Shown here: positions 46,516 to 57,492 of the stretch, one piece after another
Position numbering within the stretch: position 1 is the stretch's first letter
Layout: every line of letters begins with the position of its first letter
Virus record (IMG/VR): IMGVR_UViG_3300011102_000438
DNA length: 64,000 bases
Source of the DNA: a virus
Reading direction: 5' to 3' (one strand)
Made by a program: the position numbers and the translations under genes
Notes under the pieces: model-generated
The model's database searches: none
The model's input: only the letters and a program-made list of their open reading frames with translations
What the model was told of the DNA's origin: nothing

Positions 46516-46731
46516 ATGATAACCCTTACAGATCAAGAGGCTAAACAACTCCGGGATACCCTGAAGGTTGCTGCTGGCGTACTGGAACAAAAACTTTCAG
46601 TACAGCCAGCGCAACCAAAAAAACCACGACGCAATAAGAGGCAGGAACGCTTTGATGAAATGTATGCAACTGGGAAGTGGAGAAAGCCGGAGGGGTTGAA
46701 GAAAAATAAACAGCAAAAACGAACAGCATGA
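46516..46731 (+). CDS. Hypothetical protein
   Basis: 71 aa in the early lytic operon. Confidence 0.55.
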   Translation: MITLTDQEAKQLRDTLKVAAGVLEQKLSVQPAQPKKPRRNKRQERFDEMYATGKWRKPEGLKKNKQQKRTA

Positions 46732-47033
46732 CCCATTTATTCTGCATAAAAGACCAAAAACCGTGGCGCGACCCAGTAACAAAGACGGTATTGCCCGGGC
46801 CTGAGTGGGGCGACGACTGTACGGTGCTTGAAACGATTAGGGCTAACGGAAAGTGTTATCACATCCTTGCAGGGTGGCCGAATGATTTAGCATATGATTA
46901 CACTCAGTTTATTCCGCTGTCTGACGTACCCGACGCCGACGAAATCAACGAAGCAGAGAATGAGGAGATAGTACCGAACCCGAACGGACAAGTAGCCTCT
47001 GCATTTCAGGATATATTAAACAGTGTCCTATGA
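46728..47033 (+). CDS. Hypothetical protein
   Basis: 101 aa, ATGA-coupled. Confidence 0.55.
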   Translation: MTHLFCIKDQKPWRDPVTKTVLPGPEWGDDCTVLETIRANGKCYHILAGWPNDLAYDYTQFIPLSDVPDADEINEAENEEIVPNPNGQVASAFQDILNSVL

Positions 47034-47222
47034 CCTTCGGCGATATAACAGCCCTGATTGAGAAAAAAGAGTGTGAGCTGGTATACTGCACGGACAAACG
47101 CAAACGCGGCAGACTGATCAGGCAAATAAGAAGGTTAAGGAATGAAAGAAGTATGATCGTATTAGCAAACGCGGTAAAAAGGTCGGCCAGCTGAACAAAC
47201 CTAAACTTTAAACCGGGATTAT

Positions 47223-48041
47223 ATGAAATACAAACTCCTTCAGGATGAATACATAGATGTGTACGGTACACGGCTGTACCGCATTGAAGCCCTTGAATCA
47301 TTTGGCAACGTTAACGCCGGAGAAAAAGGCGGCTATGTCGAGGGCAAAAAGAATTTAAGCCAGTCCGGCGATGCATGGGTGTACGACAATGCGGAGGTGT
47401 ACGGCAGTGCGAAGGTGTACGGCAGTGCGAGGGTGTACGGTAATGCGGAGGTGTCCGGTAATGCGAAGGTGTTCGATAATGCGAGGGTGTACGGTAATGC
47501 GGAGGTGTCCGGTAATGCGAAGGTGTTCGGTAATGCGAAGGTGTCCGATAATGCGTGGGTGTCCGACAGTGCGGAGGTGTACGGTAATGTGGAGGTGTAC
47601 AGTAATGCGAAGGTGTACGACAATGCGAAGGTGTACGACAATGCGGAGGTGTACGGCAGTGCGAGGGTGTACGGTAGTGCGAAGGTGTACGGCAGTGCGA
47701 GGGTGTACGGTAATGCGGAGGTGTCCGGTAATGCGAAGGTGTCCGGTAATGCGGATATAATTGTAATTACAAATCTCGGGTCTCGCAATGCTACGCTTAC
47801 AGCATGTAAGCAAAAAGACGGCACTATCCGGTTTGCTACCGGCTGCTTTTACGGAGATGAAAAAGAGTTTTTGGCGGCTATACAAGAACGCCACAGCGAA
47901 AACCTGTTTGCGAAACAATACAGGGCTGCGATAACATTTATTAAGATGGTGATAATATCCGCCACTCCATCCGCAGACAAAATCAACGAAGGAGAGAAAG
48001 AGGCGATTGTACCGGCGCCTGCTATTCCTGTAACAACTTAA
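47223..48041 (+). CDS. Hexapeptide-repeat (left-handed beta-helix) phage protein
   Basis: About 21 VYGNAE/VSGNAK repeats between LYRIEAL and TGCFYG domains. Confidence 0.8.
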   Translation: MKYKLLQDEYIDVYGTRLYRIEALESFGNVNAGEKGGYVEGKKNLSQSGDAWVYDNAEVYGSAKVYGSARVYGNAEVSGNAKVFDNARVYGNAEVSGNAKVFGNAKVSDNAWVSDSAEVYGNVEVYSNAKVYDNAKVYDNAEVYGSARVYGSAKVYGSARVYGNAEVSGNAKVSGNADIIVITNLGSRNATLTACKQKDGTIRFATGCFYGDEKEFLAAIQERHSENLFAKQYRAAITFIKMVIISATPSADKINEGEKEAIVPAPAIPVTT

Positions 48042-48051
48042 ATCAGCAATT

Positions 48052-48312
48052 ATGAACACGCACTTACCGGCAGATATTCAATCAACACTCAACGACTTTT
48101 TTCAACCAGGATCAAAAGGCCCGCGACCGGATTGCCGTAAAGAACTGGCTGATGTAATCCGCCACCTGATTGACAAGATCGATGCATTAACAGTGCGTTG
48201 CGGTGGAGATGTTGAAAAGAATGGCACGCCCGAACAGATTGAGATTTATAACGGGTATATCAAAGCGTGGCAGGCGCTGGTTGCAGTACGGAACAAACTT
48301 AACAAGCAATAG
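48052..48312 (+). CDS. Hypothetical protein
   Basis: 86 aa ORF. Confidence 0.55.
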   Translation: MNTHLPADIQSTLNDFFQPGSKGPRPDCRKELADVIRHLIDKIDALTVRCGGDVEKNGTPEQIEIYNGYIKAWQALVAVRNKLNKQ

Positions 48313-48390
48313 ATAAACGGACGGTGTCTCATATCAACCCTTCCCAATATCCGTACCCGACGTGCGGGAGGGGTTTTTAAAAAAAGAATT

Positions 48391-49059
48391 ATGATCCAAT
48401 TAGAAAACTGCATAAAATACTTTAATCGGCTTATTCTGGACGAATTGAAACCGGTCTGTATGACGTGGGTGGCAGGAGGATGTGTGCGGGACTACTTCAG
48501 CATCGGCAAGCTAACCAGTGATATTGACCTGTACTTTCCTGACGAGCACAATTATGAGAGATGCAGGAAATACCTGATGGAAGCAGAAACGCGGGTTATC
48601 AAGGAAATGGTAGACGATAAAGAAGTAGAGAAGCATATCCCGAAACACAAAGCGGTTAAATACTTCGAGAACGATAATGTAGTGATGGTAAAGTACAACG
48701 GACGCAAATTCGACCTGGTTAAAAAGTACTTTCCTTCGCCTGAAACAACGATAACTGAATTTGATTTTACTGTGTGCTGTGCGGCAGTAGATAGCGGAAA
48801 AGTGTATACACACGAAACGTTCTTTATTGATTTAGCGAAGCGTCAATTAATGATCAACAAATTACCGTTCCCGCTATCAACCATGTGGCGAATGCAGAAG
48901 TACATCAAAAAGGGGTTCTATATGTGTAGCGGCGAAATGCTAAAGTTATCGAAAGCAATCGGGGGGTTGCAAACGAATACCGAGGAAGGAGAGAAGGCCA
49001 ATATTGAATTGCAGCCAATGAGCGAAGGCGGCGGCCCAAGATTTCTAACATTTGATTAA
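48391..49059 (+). CDS. Nucleotidyltransferase (CCA-adding/poly(A) polymerase head-like)
   Basis: VAGGCVRD...SDIDLYF and FDFTVC motifs. Confidence 0.75.
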   Translation: MIQLENCIKYFNRLILDELKPVCMTWVAGGCVRDYFSIGKLTSDIDLYFPDEHNYERCRKYLMEAETRVIKEMVDDKEVEKHIPKHKAVKYFENDNVVMVKYNGRKFDLVKKYFPSPETTITEFDFTVCCAAVDSGKVYTHETFFIDLAKRQLMINKLPFPLSTMWRMQKYIKKGFYMCSGEMLKLSKAIGGLQTNTEEGEKANIELQPMSEGGGPRFLTFD

Positions 49060-49070
49060 AAACAATCACT

Positions 49071-49313
49071 ATGCAACCTACAATCCGCGAACATAATTTA
49101 TTAACTGCTAAGGAAAAGCAGTTCATTACCCTGCTGAAGCAGTGCGACAAAAACTCTTTATGGGGCATTGCAATCAGTAACGTACTAAATGAGCCAACCA
49201 CAGCGAAGTACTTACGGCTGATCAGCGACCTGAAAAGTCAGGCAAATGATTCGCCGGTAGTTATGAAAAACATATTAGGGAACCAGGCTTTTAAACTTTT
49301 GATGCAGCTATGA
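49071..49313 (+). CDS. Hypothetical protein
   Basis: 80 aa ORF. Confidence 0.5.
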   Translation: MQPTIREHNLLTAKEKQFITLLKQCDKNSLWGIAISNVLNEPTTAKYLRLISDLKSQANDSPVVMKNILGNQAFKLLMQL

Positions 49314-49570
49314 TAACCGTCTTAACCTTCATTATCGGTTTCTGTGTGGGTGTAGTATTTTATGCCAGTTACATATCACTAAAGGATGAGCCGCTAAACA
49401 AAGATCAATGACAACATTATTACTCATAACCCTCACCTGCATACTGTATAGAGTGGAACGGCATTGTGAAAGATGCAGGTGGGAGGTGGAAAAGATTCAA
49501 GGGTACGATCAACAAAGGCCGCGTTAGTCTTAGCGTGGCTTTTATTAAAAAACAAATTAAAATACTAAAC

Positions 49571-50062
49571 ATGAAAAAGTTACACGAATTAATTAAAGAG
49601 CGTACGAAACTTGAACGAGAGCTTTATTTGCTGCGGAGAGAATTTGATGAAATAAGAGAAAAGCTCACCAAACAAATCAATGAATTGTCGCGACTGGAAA
49701 CAATTGGAGTAACAGGCATTGAGGTAGGTAAGGTTCAATTAGCGGAATCAATATTGGAAATACGCGGTGAGCCGTGGAATGTAGTAGATGGCCGAAACCT
49801 TATTGATTGCGCGGTGGAAGATATAGCTAATGGATGCAAACACTTAAAACGAAAATATTTTGGCAACAAAAGATATGCTCACTTTTATCAAGCCTGTGAT
49901 TGCGAATACGGCTACGTCCCATCACATGGTGGCATAGTAGATGAGGTCGGATTGAAATCAAGTGGCCGCACCCGGGAATTAACCGATGAGGAAAAGGATG
50001 CGTGCATTTATTACCTGAGGAATTATAAAAAGATCAAAGCTGTAAAAAAACAGCCTGCATAA
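49571..50062 (+). CDS. Hypothetical protein
   Basis: Coiled-coil N-terminus; start moved to ATG 49571 after an A-rich leader. Confidence 0.6.
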   Translation: MKKLHELIKERTKLERELYLLRREFDEIREKLTKQINELSRLETIGVTGIEVGKVQLAESILEIRGEPWNVVDGRNLIDCAVEDIANGCKHLKRKYFGNKRYAHFYQACDCEYGYVPSHGGIVDEVGLKSSGRTRELTDEEKDACIYYLRNYKKIKAVKKQPA

Positions 50063-50156
50063 AGGTTCTTACCGGGGGCGACTTTGGGATAAGGTTCAGT
50101 AAAGGTCGCGTTAGTCTTGGCGTGGCTGTTATTAAAAAACAAATTAAAAACAAAAT

Positions 50157-50458
50157 ATGTCACAACAACTTTTTGACCCCAACAAATTCTACATCATCCG
50201 CGCCGACAAGGCTGGCGTATTTATGGCAAAAATTGAATCAATTGAAAACGGAACAGCAGTATGCAACAGCGTTAGACGATTGTATTACTGGGAGGGTGCA
50301 TTAGATGTGACGCAAATCGCTGCGCATGGTGTATCACGCCCGCAATCCTGCAAATTCTCTGTTCAAATGGGAGAGGAAGATAAGTCAACAATCTTCAATC
50401 TCATCGAGATTCACCCTGCTTCTGAAAAGGCAATTGCTTCAATTCAATCTGTAAAGGA

Positions 50459-50471
<13 letters not shown>
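50157..50471 (+). CDS. Conserved phage hypothetical protein (DUF6948-like)
   Basis: YIIRADKAGVF...RRLYYWEGA; typical partner of Gly-repeat genes. Confidence 0.6.
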
Positions 50472-51163
<692 letters not shown>

Positions 51164-51470
51164 AGTTCTTTGGTTAAGGTTCTTACCGGGGGCGACTTTG
51201 GGATAAGGTTCAGTAAAGGTCGCTTCCCGGTTTTTGAAAGCTCTTTAAATAACTACCGGGTCATGCGCTGAAAAAGCAACCGGCGTGTTAAACCGGTTGG
51301 CCCGGTAATCTCTTTTTTTCATAGGATAAGGTTTAATGGTAATGGTATTCGATTTACCAAACGGGGGCTTTGTCTCTCATTGCCCCCTTTTAAATTTTTT
51401 GGTTTTAAGGGATTTCTTGCCCCGTCCCGGTGAAAGGCCGGGAATGTTTTAGAAACGATAAACTTTTTAT

Positions 51471-52808
51471 ATGGCAAAAGTGAAAAAAATAACGGTATCG
51501 AATTTGAAAGCAATAGCGGCAATGTCAGCCGACTTCAATGGTTGTACCGCAATCATAACAGGAGGGAACAACAGGGGTAAAAGTAGTTTCCTGAGATCAT
51601 TACCGGACAGGTTACGCGGTATTAAACCCGATGTAGTTGTAAAGACCGGTGAAACAGAAGGTAACGCAGAATGGGAGTTAACGACGGGTGAAAAATTCAT
51701 TTGGCATTTCGATACAAAAACAAAAGCCGGTGAGCGCCTCACGTTCATCACAAAAGAAAACATAAAAACGTCCGTTACAAAGGAATTATCTAACAGATAC
51801 TTTCCCTCCGTTTTTGATGTGGATGAATTTTTAGCATCCCAACCAAAGAAGCAAAGGGAAATCTTGCAGAAGTTGGCTGGCATTGACTTTTCAAATATTG
51901 ATGCCCGGTATAAAGCGGCTTATGAAGAAAGAACTTTTGCCAATAGAAAGAGGGATGACCTGAAAGCCGCGCTAAATGCTAATCCTATTCCTGCTCAGGT
52001 TGATAAGATCGAGGTATCCGAGCTGTTAAAACAGAAAGAAGAAATCCGCGCCGCACTCAATCAAAAATATCTTGAAAATAAAGAGCACAACGACAAGCTA
52101 CGCAAGCAATACAATGATAATGTTGAGGCCGTAAATATTGCATTTGAAGAAGAAAAAAAAGAAATGAATGATCGGCAGCAGGTTATTGATGATTGCAATG
52201 CCGCTTTGGCCGTTCTTGCTAAACACGGTTATACGGGAAAAGAAGTAGCTATTTGGATAAACACACTGCCGGTTGCGCATGAGGTTATCAAAAGAAAGGT
52301 TGAGGAACCACGATATATTACTGAACTACCCGACGATAGTGAACTAACGGCCATTGATAAACAGATCAATGACGCCAATGAAACGAACGCCAAAGCGCTT
52401 GCATACGACAATTACCTGAAACAAAAACAAGCGGCAGACGAAGCTGAACAAAAAGCAACCGAAGCAGATAAGGCAGTAAAGGATATTGAACAAGAGCGCA
52501 TGGACTTGATCAAATCCGCAAAGATGCCTGAAGGGTTTGACTTTTCTGAAGATGGAATTACTTACAACAACCTTCCCTTCACCCGTGAACAACTTAGTTC
52601 GTCCGGTATCTATATAGCTGCTTTGAAGTTAGCGGCCATGACATTAGGCGAAGTTAAAACGCTACATTTCGACGCCTCATTTTTAGACAAAAACAGTCTG
52701 GCAGATATAGAGAAGTGGGCCAATGAGAACGATTTACAATTACTCATTGAGCGGCCCGACTTTGAAGGCGGAGAAATAGAGTATCAACTATTAAATCCTA
52801 CACCATGA
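51471..52808 (+). CDS. SMC/RecN-like AAA ATPase
   Basis: Walker A ITGGNNRGKSS, long coiled coil, LSSS signature, HFDASFLD. Confidence 0.8.
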   Translation: MAKVKKITVSNLKAIAAMSADFNGCTAIITGGNNRGKSSFLRSLPDRLRGIKPDVVVKTGETEGNAEWELTTGEKFIWHFDTKTKAGERLTFITKENIKTSVTKELSNRYFPSVFDVDEFLASQPKKQREILQKLAGIDFSNIDARYKAAYEERTFANRKRDDLKAALNANPIPAQVDKIEVSELLKQKEEIRAALNQKYLENKEHNDKLRKQYNDNVEAVNIAFEEEKKEMNDRQQVIDDCNAALAVLAKHGYTGKEVAIWINTLPVAHEVIKRKVEEPRYITELPDDSELTAIDKQINDANETNAKALAYDNYLKQKQAADEAEQKATEADKAVKDIEQERMDLIKSAKMPEGFDFSEDGITYNNLPFTREQLSSSGIYIAALKLAAMTLGEVKTLHFDASFLDKNSLADIEKWANENDLQLLIERPDFEGGEIEYQLLNPTP

Positions 52809-53143
52809 CCCTCATCAAACAATACACCTTCACCCTTCCCATTCCACCCGAATACTTGCGGGACTGGAAAGGACCACAACCGGATGTATACATCTGCTAC
52901 AGCCTTGACAGAAGGGGAGTAGTTGAAGTAAAGTGGTTCACCATGCACCCGGACGTATCAACAATAGTAACAGATTGGGAGGGATTGAAGTTAATGATGC
53001 GGGAGGCAGCAGAGGGAAACGCAGAGTACCAAAAGGAACAGTTTAAAGGAAGACTGGCCCCGGGATACCACCGACCGCCATTACCGCAGCCGGGAGAAGA
53101 TCCCTGGTTTGATGCAGAACAATCACTAAAACAAACATATTAA
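52805..53143 (+). CDS. Hypothetical protein
   Basis: 112 aa, coupled. Confidence 0.55.
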   Translation: MTLIKQYTFTLPIPPEYLRDWKGPQPDVYICYSLDRRGVVEVKWFTMHPDVSTIVTDWEGLKLMMREAAEGNAEYQKEQFKGRLAPGYHRPPLPQPGEDPWFDAEQSLKQTY

Positions 53144-53145
53144 CT

Positions 53146-53772
53146 ATGGGTATTATCGCAAAAAACAGCGGATTCACAAGAGAACCCGTACCGGCTGGCA
53201 ACTATATAGCGCGTTGCTACAAGATGATAGAAATCGGTACAGTAAACGAAATAGTAATGGGCAAATCAACCACCCTGCATAAGGTAAGAATTGGATGGGA
53301 ATTGCCCAATGAAACAAGAGTATTCGACCCGGCTAAGGGTGAACAACCATTAGTTATTGATCAGGAATATACGCTATCCATGCACGAAAAGTCTAACCTC
53401 AGAAAGACATTGGAGAGCTGGCGAGGCAAAGCCTTCACCGAAAAAGAGGCCGAATCTTTCGACATTACAAAGCTCTTAGGCGCACCCTGTATGTTGAACA
53501 TCATTCACAAGACAAGCAAGTCAGGGAATGTTTATGAGCAGATAGCGGGCGTAACGCCTGTTCCCAAAGGCGTACCCGTTCCACCGCAGATCAATAAGAC
53601 GTTTGTGCTGTCTTATGATGACTTCAATGAAGAACTATTCAATAGCCTGCCAGACTTCATTAAAACAAAAATGCAAGGTTCATTAGAGTATGCAGCTATG
53701 AAAAACCCGCATACAAAAACCATCCCGCAGGCGGATGATATCAATGAACCGCTGGACGATTTGCCATTTTAA
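53146..53772 (+). CDS. Putative single-stranded DNA-binding protein
   Basis: PAGNYIARC OB-like start; acidic DDLPF tail. Confidence 0.7.
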   Translation: MGIIAKNSGFTREPVPAGNYIARCYKMIEIGTVNEIVMGKSTTLHKVRIGWELPNETRVFDPAKGEQPLVIDQEYTLSMHEKSNLRKTLESWRGKAFTEKEAESFDITKLLGAPCMLNIIHKTSKSGNVYEQIAGVTPVPKGVPVPPQINKTFVLSYDDFNEELFNSLPDFIKTKMQGSLEYAAMKNPHTKTIPQADDINEPLDDLPF

Positions 53773-53789
53773 AAACAAAAAACGAGACC

Positions 53790-54041
53790 ATGAACACCCT
53801 AAATGAAATTATCGCTATCGTTCAATCTCACAGTGAAATGCTGTTCGATGAACCTATAGTTATACACACACACCACGCCCATGTATTTACCTGTTATGGA
53901 TTAGCTGCGCAGGATGGATTATGGTTACTGGACGGTGCCGGTGAGTGGCACGGCCCACTATCCGAAGAGCAGGGAAACGGCAAGCTGGTTATCAATTCAA
54001 TTTATCAACGGGTAAAAGCAATGGAGTTGGAGGCAGCGTAA
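53790..54041 (+). CDS. Hypothetical protein
   Basis: 83 aa ORF. Confidence 0.5.
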   Translation: MNTLNEIIAIVQSHSEMLFDEPIVIHTHHAHVFTCYGLAAQDGLWLLDGAGEWHGPLSEEQGNGKLVINSIYQRVKAMELEAA

Positions 54042-54466
54042 TGGCACAATTACAAATTAAACGGGTGCAGGATTGCATGGAATGGCTTCAGGCTATCGCT
54101 GAAGATTATACCAGTGGTAAATCAATCCCGTGGTATATAGATCAGTTAGGCATGCTATGCAGGTCAATGGCTTTTGTGAACGAACAAATGGCAGAAGCGA
54201 AAAAAATACTTAATAAAAAAAAGATAACAGCCTACGAAACATTGGTAACAAGTAGCATTGCTAATGAAACATATTTCGCGCCATCACTGGCAAAGGATTA
54301 TATCAGTGCGAAATGTGAAAAGGAGCAATATGATTTTGATTTGTGTGAACGATGCAGCAGGACAATAGTACACACTATTGAAGCTATCAGAAGTGTATTA
54401 TCAGCCCTAAAGGAGGAATTGAAAATAGAATCCTACTCATCAAGCGTACCCGTTTTTAAGCAATGA
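54041..54466 (+). CDS. Hypothetical helical protein
   Basis: ATG 54041 overlaps the previous stop. Confidence 0.6.
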   Translation: MAQLQIKRVQDCMEWLQAIAEDYTSGKSIPWYIDQLGMLCRSMAFVNEQMAEAKKILNKKKITAYETLVTSSIANETYFAPSLAKDYISAKCEKEQYDFDLCERCSRTIVHTIEAIRSVLSALKEELKIESYSSSVPVFKQ

Positions 54467-54813
54467 AACCCTGCAACCACCCTTGCTGTTCCGACACTGG
54501 CCCTTGTAGAAAGCCGCCTAAGAAAATGATAAGAAAACCTATCCCCCGTATCTCTAAGAAACGACAAAAAGAAATTAGGCTGTATTCTAAAGAACGAAAG
54601 AAGTTCTTAACAGAAGGTGACAAATGCGAAGCAGGGCTACCGGGATGTACTATACTGGCAACCGATGTACATCACATGAAAGGCAGAGTGGGAAGCAACC
54701 TACTGAACCGTGAAACATGGTTGAAGGTCTGTCGTAGCTGCCATACCCGTATTGAGCAGTCGCCTTTGATGGCAAAGAAATTAGGATTATCAGAAAGCAG
54801 GTTAAAAAGTTGA
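54463..54813 (+). CDS. HNH-like protein
   Basis: CEA...C...TDVHHMKGR...VCRSCH. Confidence 0.7.
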   Translation: MKPCNHPCCSDTGPCRKPPKKMIRKPIPRISKKRQKEIRLYSKERKKFLTEGDKCEAGLPGCTILATDVHHMKGRVGSNLLNRETWLKVCRSCHTRIEQSPLMAKKLGLSESRLKS

Positions 54814-54814
54814 A

Positions 54815-55237
54815 GTGATGATCACCCTACACCCGGACATAAAGAACCGCGTTGAAGCATGGCAGCGAGAACTGCGTGAACTAACCGGTGATGAAAAGTT
54901 ACTGCTCTTTGCTATTCATCAGCCAAAACGCGCCGTGCCTATCGAATATATTATTAAGGTGGTTTGCGAAGAGACTGATTTCCCGCAAGTCAGATTACCG
55001 ATTAAATCCCGCGAAAGGGAGTCGGTATTAACCAGGCACCTGATAGCTTTTTTCGCACGCATATACACGCGCCTTTCTTTAAAAAAAATTGGGCGTTTTA
55101 TCGGTAGGGTAGACCACACAACAGTAGTCCATGCCAGCGAACGTATAAAAGAACTGATAGAAATAGGAGATACAAGGGTAGTGTCTTTAGTCTTCGAGAT
55201 AGAAAAACGGATAGAGGAGTATGCCAATCAAAAATAA
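54815..55237 (+). CDS. DnaA C-terminal-like HTH protein
   Basis: SLKKIGRFIGRVDHTTVVH. Confidence 0.75.
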   Translation: MMITLHPDIKNRVEAWQRELRELTGDEKLLLFAIHQPKRAVPIEYIIKVVCEETDFPQVRLPIKSRERESVLTRHLIAFFARIYTRLSLKKIGRFIGRVDHTTVVHASERIKELIEIGDTRVVSLVFEIEKRIEEYANQK

Positions 55238-55604
55238 GTCACTATACCCGCCCGACTGGAAGCAGATCAGGCAGCGCATACTTGAAAGGGATGGGCATAG
55301 GTGTAAGCATTGCGGTGTAGAGAATTATGCAGTAGGAGCCAGAACAGTAGACGGTGAATGGATGGATGAACGAAGTATTAATAACCTCAATTCAAGTGAA
55401 GGTGAAGCGCTGTTTGGCTACTACCCGAAGATCATAAAAATAGTGCTCACCATTGCCCACCTCAATCACGACCCTACAGATAACCGAGATGAGAACCTTG
55501 CCGCATTATGTCAAAAATGTCACCTTAATCACGACAAAGATCAGCACAAGGAGAACGCCCGGAAAACGAGGAATAAGAAAAAAGGATTACAAGAGCTTTT
55601 TTGA
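55221..55604 (+). CDS. HNH endonuclease
   Basis: CKHC...LTIAHLNH...NLAALCQKCHLNHD. Confidence 0.85.
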   Translation: MPIKNKSLYPPDWKQIRQRILERDGHRCKHCGVENYAVGARTVDGEWMDERSINNLNSSEGEALFGYYPKIIKIVLTIAHLNHDPTDNRDENLAALCQKCHLNHDKDQHKENARKTRNKKKGLQELF

Positions 55605-55964
55605 GGCTGCCGCCACGGCCTCGTAAAACATGCGGCGGCAAACACCTTTTAGTAACAAAGGTGAAAAGAGAATACGAACACCCCCGGTGAGTGGATATGC
55701 CGGGGGGATTTTGAAAGACAAAAAAATGGAAAAGCACTACTGCCCGCTATGTTGCCAACAGATTGATGAATACTATGAAACAGACGTAACAAAGGCTTGG
55801 TCCCATTATCACCCACTATTTGGACTTGAAATATGGGGCCCTGCCGATGCAGGAAAGAAAACGTTGTGCGAAAACCAGGAATATATACACTTTCAATTTT
55901 TAGGTGGCGCCCACAGACTTGTTAAAATGGGTGTTGATACCGCCATACCAAATTTTGACGAACC

Positions 55965-56237
55965 ATGATCACAACCCAGCTACCACCCCCGAGAAACCAG
56001 CGTGCAGAAATCTTGCACGATCTGATTACCTCCAATGAGATAACAGAGCACGAATACCCCTACAACGGATTCAGAAGCCGTTTAACGGAGTTGCGCAAAC
56101 TTGGGTTAACGATAAGGTTCCACTGGAAAAACTTCAAAACAAAGTACGGCAGGAAGGGCAGGTTTAAAGTGCATTATCTGTGGGAAACGCATAAGAGGAA
56201 AGCAATGAGAATTTATAAGGAAATAAATAAGGCATGA
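55965..56237 (+). CDS. Helix-turn-helix-like protein
   Basis: FRSRLTELRKLG pattern. Confidence 0.5.
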   Translation: MITTQLPPPRNQRAEILHDLITSNEITEHEYPYNGFRSRLTELRKLGLTIRFHWKNFKTKYGRKGRFKVHYLWETHKRKAMRIYKEINKA

Positions 56238-56254
56238 AAAAAGTTTGTATATTG

Positions 56255-56418
56255 CAATCGCGACACATCTATCCGACAAAGGAGGGCTATGAGCCTGCAC
56301 TTTGTACAGGTTTTTTTATTGCCTGTATTAGCGATAAGCCGGTGATACTTCTATCAGGTTTAATACCTGGCCTTCCTTCGGGTAGGTGTGTCGCAACATA
56401 GAAGTCACCGGTTTTTTC
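56255..56418 (+). ncRNA. Candidate C4-type antisense/attenuator RNA element
   Basis: Two interleaved complementary pairs: 56260-56287 with 56370-56394, and 56338-56354 with 56398-56412. Confidence 0.5.
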
Positions 56419-56473
56419 ATGCCCCTACGTGACCGTTTTTAATCCGTAGCCTAACCTTGAAAAAACGCAATGA

Positions 56474-56761
56474 ATGAGCAATAAGAACAATCCATTAATC
56501 TGCCCACGTTGCCAGAGCAGCAACTATACAACCGAACTGAAGGCAAACAATCTTGTGGCTACATGTGAAAATGGACATTTTATTAAGAATTTACCCTATT
56601 CGGAACCTGCATTGTATATCGGTAAGTACAAAGGCAAAAAGATTACCGAAATCACAGATGTTGACTATTTGAAATGGGTATTGCAGAACATCCGGCAAAG
56701 TCAGTACATACGAGACGCAATCCAAAAGCAAATAGACAGAATGGAGTATATGGCCAAATAA
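56474..56761 (+). CDS. Zinc-ribbon hypothetical protein
   Basis: CPRC...; GKYKGKKI...YLKW motif. Confidence 0.6.
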   Translation: MSNKNNPLICPRCQSSNYTTELKANNLVATCENGHFIKNLPYSEPALYIGKYKGKKITEITDVDYLKWVLQNIRQSQYIRDAIQKQIDRMEYMAK

Positions 56762-56784
56762 TCTAATGAAAACCTAAGCTAACG

Positions 56785-57492
56785 ATGGCTAAAAGATTTG
56801 TAGACACGGAGCTCGACGACAAACCTTGGTTTAATCAATTGTCTTGTCGTTTGAAATGTGCCGTTCAATATGTATTTCGTAAGTGCGATAATGCAGGAAT
56901 ATGGGAACCTAATTATGTTATCGCTGCTGCTTATGTGGGGGAAGGAGGCTTCAGGGAAGATGAATTATTAGCTATTGACAACGGCCAACAATTTGAAAGG
57001 TTAGCCAACGGGAAAATTTTTGTTGTCGGCTTTTGTGATTTTCAGTACGGCACCCTTTCTGAAGACTGCAAGCCACATCGTGCAGTGATCCAAAAGCTAA
57101 AAAAATACGGTTTATACGAAAGGGTATTGAAAGGGTATGGTAAGGGTTTAGAAACCCTACAAGAAAAAGACAAAGAAAAAGATAAAGATAATAAGGGGGG
57201 TATGGGGGGAGAAATTTACGACGTCCAGCAATTCGTTTCTTCCCGGCAAAAGGATTTTGAAAAAATCTGCATGACCTGCAGAAAGACCCCGCAGGAGGCG
57301 GATGCAGCCCTCACGAAATATCATCTCTGGATGGAACGGGAAGGCAGGTATCCGGTCAGCAAAAGGCAGGCATTAGCGGGATTTGAGTTGTGGCTTTTGA
57401 ATGAAAAAAAACCGCCAGGGCCTGAGGTGGAAAACAAGTACGAAGATGCGCTAACGAAGGCAAGGAAGAATTACAAACCGCTTGAGCCATGA
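56785..57492 (+). CDS. Putative replication initiator
   Basis: AKRFVDTE...CDNAGIW N-terminus, KEKDKDN linker; directly upstream of the primase-helicase. Confidence 0.6.
   Translation: MAKRFVDTELDDKPWFNQLSCRLKCAVQYVFRKCDNAGIWEPNYVIAAAYVGEGGFREDELLAIDNGQQFERLANGKIFVVGFCDFQYGTLSEDCKPHRAVIQKLKKYGLYERVLKGYGKGLETLQEKDKEKDKDNKGGMGGEIYDVQQFVSSRQKDFEKICMTCRKTPQEADAALTKYHLWMEREGRYPVSKRQALAGFELWLLNEKKPPGPEVENKYEDALTKARKNYKPLEP

Noticed and set aside
47333..48059. Repetitive alternative-frame ORFs, and the 18-bp repeat as a possible array
   Set aside because: Shadows of the hexapeptide-repeat coding sequence; no unique spacers
51250..51450. tRNA or ribozyme in a hairpin-rich intergenic region
   Set aside because: Hairpins are present but there is no cloverleaf/TTC loop or hammerhead core; probably terminators
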